A stretch of DNA of 58,661 nt from an uncultured Verrucomicrobia subdivision 3 bacterium (GCA_903912925.1 CAIWJG010000374.1:1-58661), one strand, 5' to 3'. Counted from the first letter of the stretch, positions 54,701 to 57,353 are shown. Translations and numbers: made by a program. Notes: a model not told the origin generated them from the sequence alone.

Positions 54701-57353
54701 CTGAGACGGAAATGCTGCCGGTGACCACGATATTCGTAGTGATCGTGAAGTCAATATGCGCCGTCGCCATGTCGTTGGTGACATAGATACTGCCGGTCAT
54801 ATTGACCGGAGCATAGTCCAAGCTTAGGTCCAAGACGCCGCTGGCCGTGCCACCGTAATAGGCCACGCCGGAGCTGCTAAAGGGCAGACTTACGGTGAAC
54901 GTGCCACCATTGGCCCCGGGGGTCTGGCTAATCGTGGTTGTCGCCGCAGGGCTCGCCACAGTTTTGAGGATCGAAAACGGATGGCCAGGGCCGCCGATCG
55001 TGGCCGTTACGGGAATATTCACACTCGCAAAAGTGAACGTGTACGCAAAAAGATACGGGGCCAGAGCGGTCATTTGAAGGTTCTGCACCGTGATCTTCGT
55101 CGGGCTGTCGGGGTTGTCCAATTCGACCGCGAGATAGCCAGTTACCTTGTTGTTTCCGCTGGTGGTCTTCGAGCCAAGGTCCGTGCTGCCGCTGGCAGGG
55201 TGCATCATGAGGGAAATGGCGAGCGTGGAGGTGTTGGTATTGAAGGGCAGCGATACCAACTGCTGATAGGTGATGGTCAATGAACTCGACGGGGTGCCGC
55301 CGCCGCACGGCGAGGCGTCAGCGGTCAGGGTCATCACCCACGAGCCCGCCGCGCGCTCGACGGCACTCGGCGTATAGACCGCGTTCAACTGCCGGGCATT
55401 CGGGCTGTAGGTGCCCGAGCCGCCACTCCAGGTGGCGCCGGGGCTGTTGCCGATGCTGCCGGCCAGTTGCACGGCGCCGTAGGTGCCGGATACCATCTGG
55501 TTCGGCCCCGCGTTGACGGTCGCGTTGCCGGTGGCCAGGTAGGCCGTGACCGGGTTAGCCGCACCCTGGCAGCCAATCGCGCTGGTTTCAGTCACGTAGT
55601 AAGTCGTCGTGGCGCTGATGTTCGGGCTAAAGGTGGGGCCCGTGCCTACCTGCGAAGTCGCGCCCGCATTGGACCACCACTTCAACACGGCCCCGGGGCT
55701 GCCGGTGCCGATGGCGCTCAGGTTCACCACGCCGGGGCCGCAGGTGGCGCCCCCAGTCGTAAGCGGCGCGACGGGTGGGACACCGTAGCCGAGCACGACC
55801 TGCGAGGTCGCATCGCCGCAAGGCTGCGCGGTTAGTGTCAGCGTGACGCCGCCCGACACCACCTCCGCCAGCGTGGGCGTGTAGGTTGCGTTCAGGGTCG
55901 TGTTATTCGGGGAGAACGTGCCGGCCCCGCCGCTCCAGATTGCCCCGGTCGCCCCGCCGCTTTTCGTGCCGGCCAACTGCACTGGGAGTCCGGTGGGACG
56001 GAAGAACAGGCTGCCCGGGATGTTGGCCCAGCTTGTGCCGCCGGTCGGATCCCAATACACAGCCAAGCCGTTCCCGCCGCCGCCCTGATTAAAACGAATA
56101 ATGATGTCGTGGTAACCCGCCGTCAAGGCGATCTGGCCGGAACTCACGGGAGTATTGTAGCCTTGACAAAAGTTGTTCTTCACAATGGCCTGGGCGAAGG
56201 TCGGATTAGCCGTGCCCGGGTCAATCCAAACCGCGCTGCCGTCGTCGCTCTGGGTTGCGAAGTTATAATTGCCGTCGGTGGCGATGTAGAGTTTGCCGCG
56301 GTATTCCACCGCATAGTTGGTCGTGTAGCCCGTCGGGAACGGGCCAGGAGAGGCCACGCCGCAACCGTTGCCCGCCAGGAAGTGCTCCAAGGGACCGGCG
56401 CCACTCATGCTGAGGGACTGCGTCGCGTAGCCGATCGTCCCGGCGGCCGTGGAAGCGGTCGGCGCCGGATTAGGACTGGTGGCATCGAACTGCACGCCCT
56501 CCATGGTGCCGCCACACTGATCGCCCGCGGGCAACCCAGTTGCGGCATTCCACTGGTTCCACGCCCGAACGAGGAGCCCCGCCGGAGCCGTGGGGTTGCA
56601 GACCGGCGGAATCGTGCCCGCATTCACCGTCGCCGCCGCCCGAATGGTCACCACCACCTGCGCCGACGCCGGCGAGCACAGCACATTCTGGCCCACCGAG
56701 GTTAGCGTCAAGGTCACCGTCGCAGCGTCGCCCGCTGAAGGTGTGTAGGTCGCGTTCAGTGTGGTCGCGTCCGGTACAAAGCTGCCCGTGCCGGTGGTTG
56801 TCCAGGTGCCGCCCGTCGCGCCGCCGCCCACCTGGCCGCCCAAGCCGGTAGTGCTGGCGTTTCGACAGATCGTCTGGTTGGGACCCACCGCCACCGTGGG
56901 AGGCGCATAAACCGTCAGCGTCACCGGGGTGGTTTCCTGCATGTCCTCATCGTCGGCCAGAATGACCTTGACCAGCCAGCCGTTCTCGCTCGCCGTGGTA
57001 GGCGAGAACGCAGTGCTGAGATTGTTGCCGCCATCCGGGGTAGCGGTCCAATTGGCGCCAGCATCCGAACTATACTGCCACTGAATGAGCAGGGTGCCTG
57101 CCGACGCTGTGGCGTCCACCGTGAAGGTGGCCGTCGTCGGGGCGCAAACCGTCTGGGCGGTTGGCGGGCTATTAATGGTCACCATGGCCTGGGCCACCTG
57201 GCTCAGGGCAAACAACACTCCGAGCACGGCAAGCCAGCCGAGCGCGAAGCGTGGGCGTGACGCGGCGCATCTCGGTTTGATGTTGATGGCTGTTTTAGGG
57301 GATGACTGTTTCATGGCAATACTTGGGCGGGGGGTCACCTGTGAGGTTTTCAT
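30744..57353 (-). CDS. Giant secreted repetitive surface/adhesin-like protein (8869 aa)
   Basis: A single uninterrupted ORF with a Sec-like N-terminus ('FALGWLAVLGVLFALSQVAQA'). By my manual count it has ~38 modules of ~85 aa ('NAGPNQTIC...GGATGGTWS..G.GTF.PNATTLNATYTPSAAD..AGTVTLTLT..GQ..C...AQVVVTI') and at least 13 Ig-like modules ('...LTYQWQVS.DGG.TF.N....TNASYT......D.G..Y.V.VSG.C'). It also has MBG-like 'K.YDGTT' modules, Big_3-like modules ('G.V.F.D......'), two PATR regions ('G.GTL.LSG.NTY.G.T.V.AGTL') and two PA14 domains. An alternative start at codon 14 (MKQSS) is possible. Confidence 0.9.
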   Translation of the reverse strand: MKTSQVTPRPSIAMKQSSPKTAINIKPRCAASRPRFALGWLAVLGVLFALSQVAQAMVTINSPPTAQTVCAPTTATFTVDATASAGTLLIQWQYSSDAGANWTATPDGGNNLSTAFSPTTASENGWLVKVILADDEDMQETTPVTLTVYAPPTVAVGPNQTICRNASTTGLGGQVGGGATGGTWTTTGTGSFVPDATTLNATYTPSAGDAATVTLTLTSVGQNVLCSPASAQVVVTIRAAATVNAGTIPPVCNPTAPAGLLVRAWNQWNAATGLPAGDQCGGTMEGVQFDATSPNPAPTASTAAGTIGYATQSLSMSGAGPLEHFLAGNGCGVASPGPFPTGYTTNYAVEYRGKLYIATDGNYNFATQSDDGSAVWIDPGTANPTFAQAIVKNNFCQGYNTPVSSGQIALTAGYHDIIIRFNQGGGGNGLAVYWDPTGGTSWANIPGSLFFRPTGLPVQLAGTKSGGATGAIWSGGAGTFSPNNTTLNATYTPTLAEVVSGGVTLTLTAQPCGDATSQVVLGYGVPPVAPLTTGGATCGPGVVNLSAIGTGSPGAVLKWWSNAGATSQVGTGPTFSPNISATTTYYVTETSAIGCQGAANPVTAYLATGNATVNAGPNQMVSGTYGAVQLAGSIGNSPGATWSGGSGTYSPNARQLNAVYTPSAVERAAGSWVMTLTADASPCGGGTPSSSLTITYQQLVSLPFNTNTSTLAISLMMHPASGSTDLGSKTTSGNNKVTGYLAVELDNPDSPTKITVQNLQMTALAPYLFAYTFTFASVNIPVTATIGGPGHPFSILKTVASPAATTTISQTPGANGGTFTVSLPFSSSGVAYYGGTASGVLDLSLDYAPVNMTGSIYVTNDMATAHIDFTITTNIVVTGSISVSAVPTFVGHADMVGPTILPRNMVWNGGTFNWNTTDTNWNLGTAKWNNMRPDSATFGATGSGTVNLNTPITAGSIWFQVPGYTVVGSGANVLTLAPSSVQVLDNVLANLPAITNDANALISASIAGSAGWRKWGVGTLVLSSANTYSGGTFVNAGVLEINDNAALGAVPGTPAVNVTLSGGQLLSSSSLSLAANRSVSLPGGGAYLAAGAGTTFTINGAISGADGLGVVWDSGTVVLNGAGSYAGVTTIGVTGNAFNNSAGANPTLQLNRSGALPGTDLIFGTSANANTASLDLHGTANTVARLTGGANAIVDNLAAGAATLTVGNGNASSTFSGIMQNTAGTVALTKIGTGTFSLANANSYVGNTLVNGGTLALLSGGSLLSQVRVGPGSTFDVSAQASPFFSPPLGGLADNTGVATLKGPAGGTIDAVQPIYLYIDTVRPALTVSQSSLSLNGNAFTIDADAPLRVGIYPLIQVATGSLATNGTFTASGPAIATGFGGFIEVNGNTLMLNVVQLSLPSTTTLDPVATPQIYGSVAQFTARVTPIDATGTVTFKDNGVVVGVVTLDGTTGVAHYTPTPTQLTVPDNPHAIVAVYSGREGNPGLGIIGYAGSVSDPAPLTISPKPVTLSGTKAFDNTTVLSGTNMSVVGNLDGAALFVSGDAKAGNQNAGSTIVQAPGSQTPSFVANRGTGLIDTGTSIPITLSAAPAIGNTLIATIGYRNATDTSNAVLNVTQTGVTWTRAAGWYKPNGLISEEIWYGNVTCRGTPGTAVTINFGSYTVRAGAQISEFSGVLYGSPLDVSGGNSGNSGPNGAFDSGPAITTTAAPELWVAGGSMKGYGSGTTSTSSCATGGLSYPTPTTPSLFVSIGTTDSGSSSCNYSDRIRTLGYYYAAPSAGSAQFNAPMNNFTAGWAVDWASCIATFRQNQWVNTLALSGSAASNYTNSTAVGGTVAVTGKPITVTAATATKIYDGTTTSAVLPTYDTGQLYCGDTAVASQTYATRGVGSGINLIPNLVFTDGNAGANYTAVRVNGTGTITPKALTVSGSIASNKTYDATTADVLSGTPAFQAGEAAGTGTTADGKPYTVDSVAALGPPVGVFATPYVGAAKPVTVSGVTATGSGASNYSVTQQTGLTATITARPVQLVGTKTYNGITAVIAGNLTAPNNLDGGNLTLSGSATLGNRNIGGTIAIVSTNGLTLGGALSTNYTLVGASGTVAVAKTNLTVTASANTKLYDGAIIALAVATVQPGGIQPSDIAPSWTETYDNRNAGTGKTLTPAALLVSDGNSGANYAYSYVPQNIGTITQIPLTITAQPNTKMYDGTTTAVTRGILAVTNIISPDIVSVWPETYDNINVGTSKTLTPSGVVADGNAGLNYSYNYVQNHAGAITNLVITPSEQPVSFTGCLGSPAVFTTTVPGVGLSYQWQVSYDYALTYTNLVNATNASYTNPAVTLADSGNFYQVIVSGPGTATITSAPPAELTVSIGLSSSANPVNQTVCSGAPTAVLHGIIGNGAYVALWSGAGTFSPTNNVLDVTYTPSASEISAGSATVSLTGSQPGSVCVPAVSTATIVILPGPVVHAGPNQTVCADAPRTQLAGAIGGTANSFYWSGAGTFVKNVYETNAIYVPTAGEIAAGSATVTLTANAPSGPCAPVTSTMTISISPAATAAVGPNQTICSSDVTAALGGTVGGAATGGLWTASPGGGTFLPDATSLNATYTPSAADKTAQAVTLTLHATGQLLPCLETAHVLVTIHPLATVTTGGNQTICADQVTAGLGGTVGGGATGGTWSTAGTGTFVPNNTALNATYHPLASDKTARAETLTLTTTGQLSPCTPATIQLVVTIHALPAITSQPVNLTVCAGHPAAFAVSTTGTALTYQWQESLDFGGSWSSVTDATNASYTIPAAGLITDDGKLIQVIVSGACVPAVTSTPPAELTVNEAPTVQAGPDQTVCASSPATLLAGSFGGLATTATWSGAGAFVPNATTLHAVYTPTATEIAAGSATVTLTTDNPGGTCPAAFASMTITINPVATANAGPNQTLCSISPAAQLGGSFGGVATSATWSGAGTFVPSIYVMNPVYTPSAAEITAGSATVTLTTDDPNGPCPRAISTMTVTINHPSAITSQPVSLTNCAGSPATFTVAASGTGWLYLWQLSQDNGTNWTPISDSATNASYTIPAPTISQSGNQFQVIVSSAGCPGSHTSDAATLTVYELPAVTSSPTNLTLCAGSPAIFYSTSTGVGLSYQWQVSTDGGTTYANILPDASNGYSSTNPTYGEYVTTVAENGNEYRVIVSGTCTPSATSAPPAVLTIHTPATASAGANQTICSIGTADLSGTVNGGATGGKWSGGTGSFQPNPTALNATYHPSPADISAGSVTLTLTTTGQLTPCPAVTSQMVVSIQPVAVVSAGANQTICSTASTLGLGGAVSGGTTTGQWTTAGTGTFSPDATTLNATYAPSTDDATAGTVTLTLTSTGNQSTCAAQTAQVVVTVHKVAVVSAGGNQTICSSGTTVGLGGTVSGGTTTGQWTTSGTGTFAPNATTLNATYAPTAADATAGTVTLTLTSTGDLSTCTAQTAQVVVTVHKAAVASTGGNQTICANQSTAGLGGAVSGGATGGTWTSSGTGTLTPDATTLNATYSPSDADKSAGTVTLTLTTTGQLSPCSATSTNLVVTIHAVPAITSQPNNLTVCAGSPAIFAATATGASLTYQWEVSQDSGLTFTNVSATATNASYTNAVTALADNGNRYKVVVGGACTPSQTSEIAALTVYAPATASAIGPQTICSGNDTAALGGTVGGGATGGTWTSSGTGDFIPDATSLNATYTPSMDDLIGTGTVTLTLTATGQQAPCGAATATVVVTIHPEATASAGGNQTICSGLPTAALGGIVDGSATNGIWTTSGSGAFTPNSITPNAIYTPSAADITAGTVTLTLITTDAPAPCPQVAVQVVVTINPAAQVNAGPNQTVCSSSPTVTLAGSFGGGATSATWSGAGSFAPNNSAMNATYTPSAGEITAGNATVTLTTDNPPGPCGLASASMTITISPAATVAAGPNQTVCSSSPSVTLAGSFGGGAPSATWSGAGSFAPNRTTMNATYTPTAGEIAAQSATVTLTTDEPQTLRPSGPCGSVNASMTITIHPAATASAGGNQTICAGSATASLNGTVGGGATGGTWSGGSGTFSPNATTLNATYQPSANDITVGSVTLTLSSTGQQTPCGALTAQVIVAINATPAIESQPANVTVNSGVPATFCVGATGASLSYQWEVSGNNGVTFTNISAIATNACYTNPATTLADDAKQYRVVVTGSCSPGQTSTVAVLTVGLPYTVYAGPDQTICAGESTQLAGQYGNGAMGAIWTSGGSFAPNSTTMNAIYTPSASEISAGSATLTLTTHPPGSVSSTMTITINPTAQVNAGPNQTVCSISPATQLAGSFGGGATLAYWSGAGLFLPNIYATNAIYTPTATEIAAGSATLSLFSNDPPGPCGAATNSMTITIHPAATASAGGNQTICAGSATAGLGGTVSGATGGTWSGGSGTFNPNATTLNATYQASANDITSGTVTLTLTSTGQQSPCLAATAQVVVTIRAAATVNAGGNQTICASGSTVTLNGSYGGAATGATWSGAGSFAPNSTTMNAAYSPTETELAAGSATVTLTSSGQLAPCGAATASMTMTINAPPHITGQPQSQTNCAGSPATLTATATGTGLQYQWQVSTNGGATFANVSSTATNTSYTIAATTVAESGYQYHVIIDNAACSAITSAPPAVLTVHGLPTITSQPASLTKCAGSAATFSVTATGTDLTYQWQVSANGGVTFTNISDTETNTSYTIAATTLAESGLKYQVIVSGACSPAQTSTPPAVLTVNALATASAGANQTICSSGLTAGLGGTVGGGATGGTWSSPGAGTFTPNATTLNATYTPSAADKTAGTVTLTLTTTGQQTPCGAATAQVVVTIRPAATVGASGNQTICSTGVTAGLGGTVGGGATGGTWSSPTSGTFTPNATTLSATYTPTAADISAGTVTLTLTTAGQQTPCGAVTAQVVVTIRLAATVGAGGNQQIYAGVSTTGLGGTYGGGATGGTWSSPGLGTFNPNATTLNATYTPSAADKTAGTVTLTLTATGQQAPCVATTNLVVTILTPTNTTVALVPASVSSPKAYGTTVLSATVLPSGATGSVTFMDSTTTLAVVPLSGGTASLATNLTVNGGAAHPIQALFNDPTGRYTNSVSAVSNVVITAKALTLAGTKTYDGGTNVTPAQGLALSGVVGGDSVSLAPATGLVLLAGRNSGSQAVSYTPTTPTRVRFATGATPAAAATTIAVTMSAAPANGNTMIAVISTRGTSSGRVTSIAQTGATWSRASQSVGTGGSTTEIWYAPNVLNAAALVTITQASLRSAAIVMEYSGVLTAGALDQVANSNANSTAAVTGTTPATTQANEVWVGGIGLVNSTYTLTSTNGGFTSPTNAVSAGASASANAKVYALELVVAASGAATSGGTVSASSQWSGAIATFRAKYSVLTLAGAAASNYTLTTSGTVAVAQSNLTVTAAANTKVYNGTTSAAAIPTITAGTIQTGDTATSWTETYSDKHAGTGKTLTPAGVVTDGNSGNNYSYTYTPIITGVINATNLTVTAVVNTRIYNGNATAAANPTITAGAIQTGDSAPTWTEAYSDKNVGTGKTLTPAALKVTDGNSGNNYSYTYTPVVTGAINATNLTVTAAVNTKIYDGTASAAANPTITAGAIQAGDSAPIWTEAYSDKNAGTGKTLTPAPLKVTDGNSGNNYSYTYAPIITGVINATNLTVTAVANTKIFDGTTSAAANPTITAGTIQTGDTAPTWTETYDNSNPGTGKTMTPVALKVTDGNTGLNYSYTYTPVSTGEISLLQISQQPTNVEVCSGTPAIFTVVLTNAVGLTYQWQASMDNGVTFTNILANGTYASYTNLTTPPVDNGKQYQVIVAEGTGSVTSAPPAVLTTGAPVTASSGGNQTICAGSPTAGLGGTVGGGATGGTWTSSGAGVFTPNATTLNATYTPSVAEVAAGTATLTLTTSGQNPACSAAVTQMTVTIHAAPAITGQPASVTVCAGTPAVYSVIATGVGATYQWQVSVDYGITFTNLIVNATHASYTNPAPSFAEDNNLYQVVVTVASCPPLTSSPVWLTILTAPTADAGVNHTVCATSAATALIGSTGGSATSATWSGAGTFSPTNNVLNVTYTPTAAEILAGTATVSLTAVSDLGDCRPAVSTTAIKIDPAPTVNAGPNQSVCASSPITQLAGSFGGAATNAVWSGAGRFTPNPFGMSPTYTPTASEISAGSATVTLTSNDPVGPCEAVTSTMTITIHPVATASAGANQTICAGSSTAGLGGTVGGAATGGTWSSATGGTFTPNATTLNATYTPSAADISANAVTLTLSSTGQLTPCAEAVAHVTVTIHPAATASTGGNQTICADQITTGLGGTVGGGATGGTWSSTTGGTFTPNATALNATYTPSAADKTAGAATLTLSTTGQLTPCTPATAQLVVAVHALPAITGQPANQTVCAGSPVVLSVETTGTALTYQWQVSLDYGVTFTNVSDTATNANYTNLTPTLADSGKFYQVIVSGACSPAVTSAPPAELTVDQPPTAQIVIVGNQTVVCASSPSVPLLGSFGGGATTAAWSGAGTFAPNATSLNAVYTPSADEIAAHTTTVTLTAHDPTAICTPAIATSTITINPAAQVNAGPNQTVCATSPNTQLAGSFGGAATSAKWSGAGRFVQNAFIMNAVYIPTASEIAAGTATVTLTTDDPIGPCGAVSASMTITIHQAATASAGGNQTICSDTPTAGLGGTVSGGATTGTWTSSGTGSFVPNATTLNASYTPTAADTSAGTVTLTLTTTGQEPCSAATAHVIVSIHPVATANAGANQTVCSSSPTVTLAGSIGGGATGAAWSGAGAFAPDHTSLSATYTPTAAEISAGSATVTLTTSGQVAPCGPVSSAMTITIHAAAVASAGANQTICAGQSTAALGGTVSGGATGGDWSSTGTGTFAPDATALGATYTPSAADNSAGTVTLTLTSTGQQAPCSAATAHVVVTIHALPAIAGHPANATVCAGSPASFCVTATGTALTYQWQVSADGGVTFTNISDTATNACYTNEVTTVANSGNQYQVIVSGACTPSQTSVPPAVLTVNPLEAASTGGNQTIYVGHSTAPLGGSVGATATGGLWTSSGTGTFVPDATTLNATYTPTAADNTAGTVTLTLTALPCAGATAQVVVTIRSAASASAGGDQTICATHSTAGLGGSVGNGATGGIWTSLGTGTFAPDNTTLNASYAPSAADDSSGTVTLTLTTTGQPAEVSPGTAQVIVTIRALPTANAGPNQTLLASLSTNIVLAGSVGGTATGGTWSGGAGTFSPDATTLNAAYTPSASEKSAGSWALTLTSTGSPCGSATSSMMFTVMPEFTLQLATNSSLNINICLDPSSDLGGTIIDLGMQCTNQTQNLNGSMSFQLDSISHPTQIAMQDFRYVAMQPYVLSLTWTLGSLVVPVTATVGTLEQPATLYNGNPGKATLAPINPADGSFTLSNVVFAVSALAYYGGTASGSIDLSGYGAALTNDVPGTIAVSNEVASVHMDYTVYEYFLVSGELQVTGFAAFHVVIDATGRTTVPRYMVWNNGAGTGQWNSIDLNWNNGSTAWDNNRGATDTAIFPSNKTGTVTLVQPMTAGALDIQGAGHTITGSSLSLASQSAITNDADAVISGAIVSGSLNKWGGGKLTLSGVNTYAGATTVGAGTLEYSALGAMGSTSAITVQNGAEVSFASGFAGQTVSTPMQLSGMGVDGGALHTFVPGGEITFTGPLTLQGNTQIRGQAAASSTVNFDSAISGSGDVTFFGAGDGSDQVTFVVAAANSYTLGTNYSYSTTYANGLSIRAWANVSDALLQGARFSVTSPSPAPTDSTAAGTIGYATQSINMALVDQEAFSETNGCGVAAPGPFPTNYVNTYTVEYRGKVYIASAGTYSFGTISDDSSSIWIDPPSDNPITAQATAYNGSVNVLASGSKDMSVGYHDIIVRYNEGTGGNGLQVLWKAPSDVDFSPIPGANFFTATTVTNIATYGGNTYITNSGAIADVKLSGGNNRLPASTVVYLSAPGNSSVLDLNGNSQTLVGVADFGATAGIRSVRNSSGTASLLTLGGSGAYAYSGTVDGHLAVIKNGIGKQTLSGVNTYAGNTLINAGTLALGHSLASSSSVTLAAGATLDVSAVSGTYTLGGAATITADGNASAATIVGPVGGTVDLGSRPIVLTYDGTHPAISVSQGTVSLGGNQFTVNTANPLEVGDYPVIQQASGDVVATGPCTVIGTSIGLGFAGSIVVSGGQVNLHIISTATPTTTTLGTIATPQVYGATVLSANVVASDLSTVSGNVSFKDSGIVVGTAPVSGGTASLTVNLAVNGGAPHAIQALFSDPAVVYAGSSSAVSNLVITARPITVAGSKNYDGFPVIDSSNLSIPNNLDGANLTLSGTAVIAGRNAGPEAVLSATYAAPARVQVATFGVSGNGAATFAVTLGRAPTSGNTLVAVIATRGTTNNTVTSITQANVTTWKRASQAANPGNNTNGVTTEIWYAPVGASAGTAVTISQAASLRSCAIVVEYSGMLTSAAVDQTANATGIGTNAVTGTTSSTSLGNELWIGAIGLTNSAQTLGSVLNSFSTVTNAQSSYFQSTFNSRVYALEKIVSGTGTANSGGTISGPAIWAGAVATFYGVPGLSLGGSAAANYTVAGVSGTVTVVATNLTVTAATNTKAYDGTTTAAAIPALTAGNIQHGDTAPAWTESYDNSNAGVSKTLTPAGLVNDGNGGANYSYTYAPDHTGVITGSSSSVGLVSSTNPSVELASVTFTATVTGVPPLALPTGNVVFLANGTPFATNALSGGIATASTTALPIGHNAIIAQYLGNGAFPANSSSALDQVVTSSVIYSYVNVIKSLTKNGIGTYSLNALGTPGALYYVVASGNIKAPMSAWIPVVGGTNTASSPSGTWSCVVSNPAPVFYRSIAVNPAP
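30747..31010 (-). other. Unassigned ~88-aa C-terminal domain of the giant protein
   Basis: 'SSVIYSYVNVIKSLTKNGIGTYSLNALGTPGALYYVVASGNIKAPMSAWIPVVGGTNTASSPSGTWSCVVSNPAPVFYRSIAVNPAP'. No PEP-CTERM, LPXTG, beta-barrel or RTX-type signal was recognised. Confidence 0.5.
31620..32240 (-). other. Unassigned 'X' domain, copy 3 of 3 (giant protein)
   Basis: 'TFAVTLGRAPTSGNTLVAVIATRGTTNNTVTSITQANVTTWKRASQ...TEIWYAPVG...AIVVEYSGMLTSAAVDQTANATG...NELWIGAIGLTN...RVYALEKIVSGTGTANSGGTISGPAIWAGAVATF'. It is collinear with the copies at 41225-41840 and 51935-52620. Confidence 0.6.
32760..34870 (-). other. PATR (autotransporter-associated beta-strand repeat) region 2, interrupted by PA14 #2
   Basis: Contains 'GGGKLTLSGVNTYAGATTVGAGTLEY' and 'GIGKQTLSGVNTYAGNTLINAGTLALG', and ends '...VVSGGQVNLHII'. 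Confidence 0.65.
33585..34080 (-). other. PA14 domain #2
   Basis: 'YTVEYRGKVYIASAGTYSFGTISDDSSSIWIDPPSDNP...SVGYHDIIVRYNEGTGGNGLQVLWKAP'. This is the PA14/GLEYA-type pattern and a paralog of 56005-56510. Confidence 0.7.
34880..35500 (-). other. Unassigned 'U' domain, copy 2 of 2
   Basis: 'EFTLQLATNSSLNINICLDP...VVPVTATVGTLEQP...ALAYYGGTASGSIDLSGYGA...VASVHMDYTVYEYFLVSGELQV...PRYMVWNNG'. It is collinear with 54640-55260. Confidence 0.6.
35500..40130 (-). repeat. Module array 2: alternating ~85-aa Cys-pair modules and Ig-like modules
   Basis: Repeated 'NAGPNQT[IV]C...[LM]NA[TV]Y.P[ST]...TLT...C' modules interleave with 'YQWQ[VA]S' Ig-like modules. Several neighbouring copies are very similar at the DNA level. 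Confidence 0.8.
40135..41160 (-). repeat. ~4.5 tandem copies of a 252-255-bp repeat (MBG-like modules)
   Basis: GTAGGTGTAGCTGTA recurs at 40158, 40413, 40668 and 40923 (spacing 255 nt). The protein reads 'NLTVTA.ANTK[VI]Y[ND]GT.SAAA.PTITAG.IQ.GD.A..WTE.YSDK..GTGKTLTPA...VTDGNSGNNYSYTYTP..TG.INAT'. Confidence 0.9.
41225..41840 (-). other. Unassigned 'X' domain, copy 2 of 3
   Basis: 'TIAVTMSAAPANGNTMIAVISTRGTSSGRVTSIAQTGATWSRASQSVGTGGSTTEIWYAPNV...AIVMEYSGVLTAGALDQVANSNANS...NEVWVGGIGLVN...KVYALELVVAASGAATSGGTVSASSQWSGAIATF'. Confidence 0.6.
42345..50545 (-). repeat. Module array 1: ~22 Cys-pair ~85-aa modules interleaved with ~8 Ig-like modules
   Basis: Same module types as array 2. For example, 46960-47480 holds two nearly identical adjacent modules ('SAGANQTICSTASTLGLGGAVSGGTTTGQWTTAGTGTFSPDATTLNATYAPS...'). 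Confidence 0.8.
51935..52620 (-). other. Unassigned 'X' domain, copy 1 of 3
   Basis: 'IPITLSAAPAIGNTLIATIGYRNATDTSNAVLNVTQTGVTWTRAAGWYKPNGLISEEIWYGNVT...AQISEFSGVLYGSPLDVSGGNSGNSG...PELWVAGGSMKG...WAVDWASCIATF'. Confidence 0.55.
53170..54560 (-). other. PATR (autotransporter-associated beta-strand repeat) region 1
   Basis: Contains 'WGVGTLVLSSANTYSGGTFVNAGVLEINDNAALG' and 'GTGTFSLANANSYVGNTLVNGGTLALL', and ends '...IEVNGNTLMLNVV'. Confidence 0.65.
54640..55260 (-). other. Unassigned 'U' domain, copy 1 of 2
   Basis: 'LVSLPFNTNTSTLAISLMMHP...NIPVTATIGGPGHP...GVAYYGGTASGVLDLSLDYA...MATAHIDFTITTNIVVTGSISV...PRNMVWNGG'. Confidence 0.6.
56005..56510 (-). other. PA14 domain #1
   Basis: 'YAVEYRGKLYIATDGNYNFATQSDDGSAVWIDPGTANP...TAGYHDIIIRFNQGGGGNGLAVYWDP'. 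It is preceded by 'SPNPAPTASTAAGTIGYATQS', matching 'SPSPAPTDSTAAGTIGYATQS' in copy #2. Confidence 0.7.

Noticed and set aside
10326-57353. Diversity-generating retroelement or other templated hypervariation acting on the repeats
   Set aside because: No reverse transcriptase ORF and no template/variable repeat pair with adenine-specific differences were seen. Variation between repeat copies looks like ordinary divergence and copy-number change.
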